DNA from: Anaerolineales bacterium
Lineage (GTDB): Bacteria; Chloroflexota; Anaerolineae; Anaerolineales; Villigracilaceae
Direction: 5' to 3'
Length of the DNA stretch: 64,000 nucleotides
NCBI GenBank assembly: GCA_034432975.1
Contig: DAOUAZ010000190.1
Coordinates: forward strand, 17,955-81,954
Positions within the stretch are counted from its first letter, which is position 1, and each line of letters starts with the position of its first letter. The position numbers were made by a program, and so were the translations under genes. Positions 56,287 to 64,000 of this stretch are shown piece by piece. The notes under the pieces were generated by a model, which was given only the letters and a program-made list of their open reading frames with translations, had not been told where the DNA came from and ran no database searches.

Positions 56287-57264
56287 TTAATTCGCCTTCA
56301 CCCGCGGGTCAAGGGATGTGTACAAGACATCGGCCAGCATGTTGGCCACGATGACGCTGACCGCTAGCAGCAGGAATGCGCCTTGCAAGAGTGGGTAGTC
56401 CTGTTTGGTCAGCGCAGTCTGGAATAATTTGCCCAAGCCGTCGTAAGAAAACACCGTTTCGATGTAAATGGCACCAGAGACGGTGAAGCCCAGGTTGAGC
56501 GCGACGATGGTGACAATCGGCAGCATGGCGTTCTTGAGGGCATGTTTCCACAGCACCTGCCAGTGGCTCATCCCTTTGGCCTTGGCGGTCAGGATGTAGT
56601 CCTCGCTCAAGACTTCCAGGATGGAGGAACGCATGATGAGCATGTACTCACCCAGGTACAGGATGGTCAGGGTCAGGGTCGGCAGGACGAGGTGACGCGC
56701 CAGGTCGGGCAGGACGGTGTAGAGCGGCTTGCCGACGTTTTCCGGGTTGACAATGCCGCCGGTCGGCAGCCCAAGCCAGGTGCTGCCAGCTGCCAGCAGG
56801 ATGATTCCGAGCCAGAAAGTCGGCGTGGCCCAGGCGATGAGCGAAAAGGTCAGGGCGCCGACATCGAGCGCGGTTTTGCGCTTCCAGCCAGCAAACAGCC
56901 CCAACAACACGCCCAAAAGGATAGACAAAACCTGCCCCAGGCCAATCAGGAGCAGGGTATTGCCCAGTTTCGACATGAGGACTTCGGCCACCGGCCTGCG
57001 CAGCGACCACGAGACGCCCAGGTTGCCGCTTGCCCATTGCCGCAGCGTGGCAAAGAACTGGTCGGGAAAGACCGGTTGATCCAAACCGAACTGTTCGCGC
57101 AAGGAAGCCTGCACCTCGGCCGAGATGCGAACATTCCGCCCGATAACCGAGCGTACCGGGTCACCGGGCAGGACGCGGAACAACATAAAATTAATGACCA
57201 GCACAACGAAGATGGTCAGCAGGGAAAACAGGAATTTTCGCAGCAGGTAGTCGCGCCGGGACAT
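56287..57264 (-). CDS. Peptide ABC transporter permease (DppB/OppB-like)
   Basis: N-terminal YLLRKFLFSLLTIFVVLVINFMLFRVLPGDP, typical of DppB/OppB, and an EAA loop TAKAKGMSHWQVLWKHALKNA. Confidence 0.9.
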   Translation of the reverse strand: MSRRDYLLRKFLFSLLTIFVVLVINFMLFRVLPGDPVRSVIGRNVRISAEVQASLREQFGLDQPVFPDQFFATLRQWASGNLGVSWSLRRPVAEVLMSKLGNTLLLIGLGQVLSILLGVLLGLFAGWKRKTALDVGALTFSLIAWATPTFWLGIILLAAGSTWLGLPTGGIVNPENVGKPLYTVLPDLARHLVLPTLTLTILYLGEYMLIMRSSILEVLSEDYILTAKAKGMSHWQVLWKHALKNAMLPIVTIVALNLGFTVSGAIYIETVFSYDGLGKLFQTALTKQDYPLLQGAFLLLAVSVIVANMLADVLYTSLDPRVKAN

Positions 57265-58890
57265 TTACTTCACAGGCTCGACATTCATCAACGACTGGAA
57301 AGCATCGATGCCGGTCGGGTATTCGATGAACCCGGTAAACCTGTCAGAGCGGTAGGCCTGCAAGACATCGTCATACCACAGCACGATGTACGGGCGGTCG
57401 TTGAAGACCATTTCCTGCATCTCCCAAACGATTTTCTGGCGTGCCGCATCATCGAGCGTCTGCTGCTGTTGGGCAAACAACTCGTCATAAACCGGGTTGG
57501 AATAGCCGCTGTCATTCCAGCCGCCTTCGACATATTGCTCGCTGGTCATCACGCTCAGCATGAAATCCGGGTCAGGGTCGGAGCCCCAGCCCCATATCAC
57601 CAGGTCGTAATCGGCATTGGGGTTGACCGCCACCACCAGGCTGTCGGGGTCGACCGCCGAGGGCGTGGCGCGGATGCCGATTTCCCGCAGCCAGTTGGCA
57701 ATCATATCCGCCGCGCGAGGGTAGTTGGAACTATCCGAAGGGAATTGCAGGCGAAATTCCAGGCGCACGCCGTCTTTCGCTCGGACTCCATCGGTTCCCC
57801 GTGAATACCCTGCCTCTTCCAGGATGCGGTTGGCGTCTTCCAGGCTAAAAGCGACATCCTTCAGGCTGCGGTTGAACCAGAACCCACCGCCCAGCGTGGG
57901 CGGGATAATGCTGATGCCGGGAACGCCCTGTCCCTGCAATACGACATCCACCAGGTCCTGTTTGTTGATGGCGGTCGCAATCGCCAGGCGCACCGCCGGG
58001 TCGCTAATGGCCGGGTTGCGGCTGGGAGCGGGGTCGTGGTCTTCGGGAGCGGAATTGAGAATCAACTCACTGAGTGACCGCCCGGGCAGGGAAACTGCCG
58101 TCACACCATCGAATGTTTCGACGGCTTCGAAGGCGCTGGTCGGCACTTCGGCGGCAAAATCGATGTCGCTCACCCGGAGAGCCTGGATGAGCGCATCGCT
58201 ATTGTCGAAGGTGCGGTAGATGAGTTGGTCGAGTTTGGCGCGGCCATCGAAATAATCAGGATTGGCATCCAGGATGATGACACGCTGGTCTTTGTCGAGC
58301 GTGGTCATCTTGAACGGGCCGGTGCCGACGGGGTTGAAGTTGGTGAAATTTTGCAAATCTTCGGGGGATGTGAAGCCTTCGAAGTCTTTGGGATAAACAA
58401 TGTACAGGAAAGAAACCCGAAATTCCATGTTGCTGATAGGGTATTCGAGTTCGATTTGCAGGGTGCGTTCATCGAGGGCGCGCGCCTCGACAAACCCGAT
58501 GATATAGCCGTAGTTCGTCACCCAGCCATCCGAATTTTCGATGAAGGCGTTAATGTTCCAGACCACTTGCTCGGCGGTCAGGGCTTCGCCATTGTGCCAT
58601 TTGATGTTCGGGCGCAGGGTAAAGGTCCATACCAGGCCGTCTTCCGATTCAGACCAGGTTTCCGCCAGCAAACCGGCATAACTACCGTCCATTTGTTCGG
58701 TCATCAGGGTCGAATAGACCAGGTCGAACATGGTATAAGATTCGGACAGGAAGGCATAGGCCGGGTTGAGGGTGTCCGGGAATCCCAGCCAGCCCACGCG
58801 CAGGGCCGCAGGCTGGCTTTGCTGCGGCGATGCGCCCGGCGCGCCGCAAGCCGTAAGCAACACGAGCAAAATCAAACCGAGTTTCTTCAT
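57265..58890 (-). CDS. ABC transporter substrate-binding lipoprotein (family 5, peptide/nickel)
   Basis: Start trimmed to MKKLGLILLVLLTAC (canonical lipobox LTAC) behind an AGGAGGAG RBS. SBP_bac_5-like body. Confidence 0.9.
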   Translation of the reverse strand: MKKLGLILLVLLTACGAPGASPQQSQPAALRVGWLGFPDTLNPAYAFLSESYTMFDLVYSTLMTEQMDGSYAGLLAETWSESEDGLVWTFTLRPNIKWHNGEALTAEQVVWNINAFIENSDGWVTNYGYIIGFVEARALDERTLQIELEYPISNMEFRVSFLYIVYPKDFEGFTSPEDLQNFTNFNPVGTGPFKMTTLDKDQRVIILDANPDYFDGRAKLDQLIYRTFDNSDALIQALRVSDIDFAAEVPTSAFEAVETFDGVTAVSLPGRSLSELILNSAPEDHDPAPSRNPAISDPAVRLAIATAINKQDLVDVVLQGQGVPGISIIPPTLGGGFWFNRSLKDVAFSLEDANRILEEAGYSRGTDGVRAKDGVRLEFRLQFPSDSSNYPRAADMIANWLREIGIRATPSAVDPDSLVVAVNPNADYDLVIWGWGSDPDPDFMLSVMTSEQYVEGGWNDSGYSNPVYDELFAQQQQTLDDAARQKIVWEMQEMVFNDRPYIVLWYDDVLQAYRSDRFTGFIEYPTGIDAFQSLMNVEPVK

Positions 58891-59113
58891 GGCAACTCCT
58901 CCTCGAGTTGGACGAATCAAAAAACAGGCGGAACGATAGAACCGTTCATCACCTGCTTTTCGGCAAAAATCAGGAAAAGGGAATCGACGAAAAATTTCCA
59001 ATCTCTCTCCTTGCCATTCATTTTACATGATAATTGGGAGATAGCAATAAAATCAGGCCATCTATCGCATCAATTCATGGCGGCATCCCTTATACTTGAA
59101 CGTGGAGGAATTT

Positions 59114-60964
59114 ATGTCCAAACCTATCGAACTGACCGAAAAATACGAGCGCAACAACTGGCCTTCCATCCCGCGCCCGGATGTCGAAGCGCCCGCTGGC
59201 TGGAGTCTGGAAGCGTTGACCGCGCTCAAACGGGTTCGTAACCACCAGTTATCGCCCGATGGAAAGCAGGCTGCCTTCATCTGGGACGGCGACGACCTGT
59301 CGGACATCTACGTCATGCCGGCAGAGGGTGGCTGGCCGGGGCGGCTTTCCACCGACCGAGGGCCGGCCCTCTCCTGGAACGATGAAATCCCACAGTGGTC
59401 GCCAGACAGCAAGAAGGTGGCTTACTCCAGTCACGGACACGTCTATACCATTGAGGCGGCGGGGGGACTTCCAAAGAAACTGGTCGATTATATGACCTCC
59501 ACCTGGGGCCCGCGCTGGATGCCGGATGGACAACGCCTCGTCATCGGGCTGGAGCGCAACGACGCCGACCAACTGGCCCTGACGAATCTCTCCGGCACGG
59601 AACTACGCATCCTGACCAGCGGCGGCGGCGACCACTGGGACGCGCGCCCCGCGCCAGACGGAAAATCCGTCGCTTTCGTCTTCCGCCGCTACGACGACCT
59701 GAACCGGGCAGATATTTGCGTAATCGATTTGGAAACCGGCGCAACCCAAACCGTCTACGGCAGGCCCAAAACCCGCGCCTGGAGCCCGCGCTGGTCGCCC
59801 AACGGCGAGTGGCTGGCTTTCATCTCGCAGGAAAACGGCCACGATGACCTGTGGATGGCACACCCGGATGGGAGCGGGATGCGGCAAGTGACCAGACTCG
59901 GCCTGGACGTAGTAGAATTTGCCTGGGCGCCCAATAGCAAATCCATCGCAGCCACCCTCAATCGGGGCGGCTCGTTCGAGCTGGCGCTTATCACCCCCAA
60001 AACCGGGAATGCCGACATCCTGCGCGACCTGCCTGGCGTTCATAGCAACCCCAACTGGTCGCCGGGCGGCGTGTTCCTGACCTTCGAGTTCGAGAGCGCG
60101 ACTCAATTCCCCGACCTGTACCGCATCCACACTGCCACCGGCGAAGTGACCCAACTGACCTTCTCCACCCCGCCCTGGCTGGCGGCCGTCAAACCGGCCG
60201 CGCCGGAAACAGTCAGTTACCCCAGTTTCGACGGCCTCGACATCCCGGCCTGGCTGTATCGCCCCCAAAAACCGAACGGCGCGGCAATCGTCTATGTGCA
60301 TGGCGGCCCCTCCTCGCAGGAGGCCCACTACTGGAACGAACTGACCCAATACCTGCTCGCCAAAGGCTACACCCTCCTGGCCCCCAACTATCGCGGCTCG
60401 ACCGGCTACGGGGTCGAGTTCGAGCATCGCAACTACGGCGATTGGGGCGGCGGCGACACCCAGGACTGCCTGTACGCCGCCGAGTATCTCAAGACCCTGC
60501 CCGGCCTCGACCCGTCGCGCTTCGCCATTATGGGCGGCAGTTACGGCGGCTACATGACCAACTGCTGCCTGGCGCGCGACCCGCAATACCGCTACGCCTG
60601 CGGGATTTCAAAATACGGCGACGCAGACATCATCAATTCCTGGGCGCTCTGCTCGCGCGAACTGCGCTACTACACCGAAATCTTCCTCGGCCACCCGGCC
60701 CGAAACCGCCAGGCCTATATCAAAGGTTCTCCCATCCTGGAAGCGGAAAATGTGCAAAAGCCAATCCTCATCCTGCACGGCCTGGAAGATGACATCGTCC
60801 CGCCCGAAGCCAGCGAGGAATGGGTCGAAGCCCTCAAGCGGCACGGCAAGACCTACGAATACAAGACCTACGCTCGTGAACCGCACGGATTCGTCCGCCG
60901 CGCCGCCATGCTGGATGCTTACGAGCGGATTGCGCGCTTCCTGGATTGGTATTTGCTGCCGTGA
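59114..60964 (+). CDS. S9 family serine peptidase (beta-propeller + alpha/beta hydrolase)
   Basis: TolB-like propeller repeats (PQWSPDSKKVAY, ARPAPDGKSVAF, PRWSPNGEWLAF, PNWSPGG) and the nucleophile elbow GGSYGGYM. C-terminal LHGLEDDIVP...EPHGF. ATG 59114 lies behind GGAGGA. Confidence 0.9.
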   Translation: MSKPIELTEKYERNNWPSIPRPDVEAPAGWSLEALTALKRVRNHQLSPDGKQAAFIWDGDDLSDIYVMPAEGGWPGRLSTDRGPALSWNDEIPQWSPDSKKVAYSSHGHVYTIEAAGGLPKKLVDYMTSTWGPRWMPDGQRLVIGLERNDADQLALTNLSGTELRILTSGGGDHWDARPAPDGKSVAFVFRRYDDLNRADICVIDLETGATQTVYGRPKTRAWSPRWSPNGEWLAFISQENGHDDLWMAHPDGSGMRQVTRLGLDVVEFAWAPNSKSIAATLNRGGSFELALITPKTGNADILRDLPGVHSNPNWSPGGVFLTFEFESATQFPDLYRIHTATGEVTQLTFSTPPWLAAVKPAAPETVSYPSFDGLDIPAWLYRPQKPNGAAIVYVHGGPSSQEAHYWNELTQYLLAKGYTLLAPNYRGSTGYGVEFEHRNYGDWGGGDTQDCLYAAEYLKTLPGLDPSRFAIMGGSYGGYMTNCCLARDPQYRYACGISKYGDADIINSWALCSRELRYYTEIFLGHPARNRQAYIKGSPILEAENVQKPILILHGLEDDIVPPEASEEWVEALKRHGKTYEYKTYAREPHGFVRRAAMLDAYERIARFLDWYLLP

Positions 60965-60980
60965 ACAGATTCGCCGCCCT

Positions 60981-61002
60981 GCCCGGACGTAAACGTCCGG
61001 GC
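60981..61002 (+). terminator. Hairpin after the peptidase gene
   Basis: gcccggacgt-aa-acgtccgggc, located 17 nt past the stop. No clear U-tract. Confidence 0.4.
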
Positions 61003-61069
61003 TATCCCTGCCAAGCCCGCTAAAGCGGACTAACACTCAAAAACAACTTGACTACACGCTATCTCGATT

Positions 61070-62260
61070 ATGACCCGTTTCTTCCGCTTCGACGATTTGA
61101 CCTGGCCCGAAGTAGCCGGCCTGCCCCGCGACCTGCCGCTGGTCCTGCCGCTGGGAACGGGCTATGCTGAATCTGTGCTTGCCGAGTCCCTGTCACATCC
61201 GCCGCGAATCGGGATGCTGCCTGCCTTCCCGTTTGGCTGGCGCGGCTCCGGGCTGGATGTTCCCGAACCGGTCTTGGGGCAATACATCGGCAACCTGCTC
61301 GATTCCCTGCGCGAGGACGGATTCAGCCAAGTGTATGCGCTCACGCCGCCCGGCATCAACCTCGGCCTGGGAGATTATCAAATCAGGTGGCAGGGTTCAG
61401 GCGTCAGGTGTCAGGCATCTACACCTGACACCTCTTTACCTGACACCTTGATACCCGACTCCGCGCGCGGCAAAGTCATCCTCCTCCCCATCGGCCACAC
61501 CGAACAGCACGCCTACCACCTGCCGCTTTCAGTCGATACCATTATCATCGAAGCAATCGCCAGGGGCGCAGCAGAAGCCGTCCCCGATAGCGGCTACACG
61601 CTGCCCGTCATGCCATACGGGGTCAGCACGCACCGCGATTCCTTTGCCGGGACGATGAACGCCGGCGGCCGCGCTTTCGAGGATTTCTGGCTGGCGGTGG
61701 TCGATGTCCTCGTCCAGCGCGGCTTCGACAAGTTTTACCTGATGAGCGGGCATGGCGGCAACATGTCGTTCCTGGTCAACGTGGTTAAATATGCCGGGGA
61801 CCGGCACAAACGCATCTTTTGCGCGACCGCCTTCCTGCACACGGCCGGCCCCGAGGGCGCGGCGGCGATCGAAGGATACCGCGAATCCAAAATCGGCGGG
61901 ATGGGACATGCCTGTGAGTTGGAAACCTCGATGGTGCTGGCCCTGCGCCCGGAGTTGGTCCGCATGGAGCGGGTCGTGGATGACACCGATTTCGTCACCA
62001 CTCCCTCGTACTACATGGACTGGATCGAGGGCGGCGCGTTGGTGGCGAATCCGCCCTGGGACGATGATACCGTCTCCGGGGCGTACGGGGCGGGCAGCCT
62101 GGGGACAGCGGAAAAAGGCCGCAGGTGGCTGGATGCCGCAATCGCGGAAAAAGTCGGACACATCCACGAGATTCACGAGCAACAACAGCGGCGCGCGCAG
62201 CGCCGCCGAAACGGATTTGGGAATTGGGGTAAAATTGCCCGCCAGGAGAATGAACTATGA
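61070..62260 (+). CDS. Creatininase/amidohydrolase-family protein with a degenerate N-terminal half-repeat
   Basis: Canonical core from about aa 135 (ILLPIGHTEQHAYHLPLSVDT, MSGHGGN, GHACELETS). Residues 1-110 look like a decayed copy of the same N-terminal half (LVLPLGTGY, MLPAFPFGW, DGFSQVYALTPPG). Confidence 0.8.
   Translation: MTRFFRFDDLTWPEVAGLPRDLPLVLPLGTGYAESVLAESLSHPPRIGMLPAFPFGWRGSGLDVPEPVLGQYIGNLLDSLREDGFSQVYALTPPGINLGLGDYQIRWQGSGVRCQASTPDTSLPDTLIPDSARGKVILLPIGHTEQHAYHLPLSVDTIIIEAIARGAAEAVPDSGYTLPVMPYGVSTHRDSFAGTMNAGGRAFEDFWLAVVDVLVQRGFDKFYLMSGHGGNMSFLVNVVKYAGDRHKRIFCATAFLHTAGPEGAAAIEGYRESKIGGMGHACELETSMVLALRPELVRMERVVDDTDFVTTPSYYMDWIEGGALVANPPWDDDTVSGAYGAGSLGTAEKGRRWLDAAIAEKVGHIHEIHEQQQRRAQRRRNGFGNWGKIARQENEL
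61384..61460 (+). repeat. GTCAGGTGTCAGG inverted-repeat element, copy 2, in frame inside the creatininase-family CDS
   Basis: caggtggcagggttcaggcgtcaggtgtcaggcatctacacctgacacctctttacctgacaccttgataccc encodes ...GSGVRCQASTPDTSLPDTLIPD. Confidence 0.85.
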
Positions 62261-62970
62261 ACAAGAAGAAAAAGAAAGACAAAAAGCCGCGCGCGCCGCG
62301 CGTCAACAGCCAACTGCCGATTTCGCAACTGCGAAAAATTGTGTTAACCGGGCCGCGCTATCACCTGGAACGGGCCCGCGAATATCCGCTGCATGGCTGC
62401 TGGGTCTACAAAGATTGGAAGCAAAGCGGCATTGCGCCGGTGGTGGTGGCGCGCCGGCAGCCCGATGACCGAATTTTGTGCGGAGTTTACATGATTGACC
62501 TGTACTGCCTGGGCATCAAAGATTGCTTTACCCGCGCCGACATTTCACCAGCCCAATTCGAGCGCGACCTGCCCAAAATGTGCTCCCAGGAGCCGGAACC
62601 CTGCCCAGTGGAATTTGCTCACGAACTGGTTTACGGCGGGATGGAGTACGCCAAAGGCTACGGCTTCGACCCGCATCCCGATTTCAAAGGCTCACTGGGT
62701 GACAGGGTGCTGGACCCGCCTGACGCGCATCCACGCGCGCATGGGATTGAATTCGGCAAGGACGGCAAACCGTTCTTTGTTTCCGGACCGTATGATGACG
62801 AACACAAAATCAACCGCACGTTGAACACGCTCCACCGCACCGCCGGGGAAGGGAACTTTGATTACCTGGTTGGTTTCGGCGGGCCAGAACTATTCGACGA
62901 TGAGATTGAAGATGAACTGGCATTCGATGACCCCAAACTGCTCACCGACAGGCCAAACCGGGAAGAATAA
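62257..62970 (+). CDS. Hypothetical protein (Lys-rich N-terminus)
   Basis: 237-aa ORF with coding-like composition. Its ATG overlaps the upstream stop (ATGA), suggesting translational coupling. No family recognised. Confidence 0.6.
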   Translation: MNKKKKKDKKPRAPRVNSQLPISQLRKIVLTGPRYHLERAREYPLHGCWVYKDWKQSGIAPVVVARRQPDDRILCGVYMIDLYCLGIKDCFTRADISPAQFERDLPKMCSQEPEPCPVEFAHELVYGGMEYAKGYGFDPHPDFKGSLGDRVLDPPDAHPRAHGIEFGKDGKPFFVSGPYDDEHKINRTLNTLHRTAGEGNFDYLVGFGGPELFDDEIEDELAFDDPKLLTDRPNREE

Positions 62971-63078
62971 TCACGAAAACGAAATCACACAAATCGCAAA
63001 AAAGCCGTATAATCGGCGGGTGCAAAAGCCCGGTTTGAGACCCTCAGTAGTTCGCTTGAGAACGCTGAACCAGCGGCG

Positions 63079-63175
63079 TTTCCCGCTCCACTTTTTTCGG
63101 GGACTTTCCCGCTCCACTACGTTTCGGGGACTTTCCCGCTCCACTTCGTTTCGGGGACTTTGCCCATCCCACCCA
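63079..63175. repeat. 27-bp tandem repeat (about 3.5 units)
   Basis: tttcggggactttcccgctccactacg (63095-63121) and tttcggggactttcccgctccacttcg (63122-63148). A degenerate unit lies at 63149-63175 and a partial unit at 63079-63094. Confidence 0.85.
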
Positions 63176-63186
63176 ACCTGACACAA

Positions 63187-64000
<814 letters not shown>

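Noticed and set aside
54155-58890. Absence of a second (DppF/OppF-type) ATPase in the peptide ABC operon, considered as an anomaly.
   Set aside because: Single-ATPase versions and unlinked second ATPase genes are common, and the window cannot show what lies elsewhere. It is not considered noteworthy.
63079-63175. Possible mini-CRISPR array.
   Set aside because: The 27-bp units are directly abutting with no unique spacers, and no cas genes are in the window.

Overview
This is a 64-kb chromosomal window from a high-G+C bacterium. Gene content suggests a Chloroflexota/Anaerolineae-like organism (stand-alone rpoC, archaeal-type mevalonate genes, dense short-repeat families), but that is inference only. 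All calls come from reading the ORF translations and the DNA by eye, and motif coordinates were hand-indexed.

Core genes:
- Replication, transcription and translation: dnaA, gyrA, rpoC, ettA and pyrG (partial).
- Central metabolism: an mdh-citrate synthase pair, trxB and hemW.
- An upper mevalonate cluster: class II HMG-CoA reductase plus the archaeal-style HMG-CoA synthase/thiolase/DUF35 trio.
- Two class-III aminotransferases, a tungsten-type aldehyde:ferredoxin oxidoreductase and a peptide ABC importer.
- An S9 peptidase, an SPFH pair, a MerR/TipA regulator, a GAF histidine kinase and a class III nucleotide cyclase.

Accessory content sits in visibly lower-G+C patches:
- An EptA-like transferase.
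- An R-M pair: an SPPY amino-methyltransferase with an NgoMIV/Cfr10I-like nuclease.
- A second island next to dnaA, with an HNH nuclease convergent with a tandem two-domain methyltransferase.
- A vapBC module inserted inside the mevalonate cluster.

The most unusual locus is a 1074-aa RecQ-HTH-HEAT-ComF(PRT) fusion followed by a DprA-fold gene. It looks like a rewired ComFA/ComFC/DprA-type ssDNA-handling system, or possibly a conflict system.

Several interspersed repeat families (CGTCCCGAAGGTT hairpins, GTCAGGTG arrays, GTCATTGCGAGG MITE-like elements) occupy 5' leaders, intra-operon gaps and, in frame, coding sequences. I recognised no rRNA, tRNA, CRISPR array, transposase or integrase.
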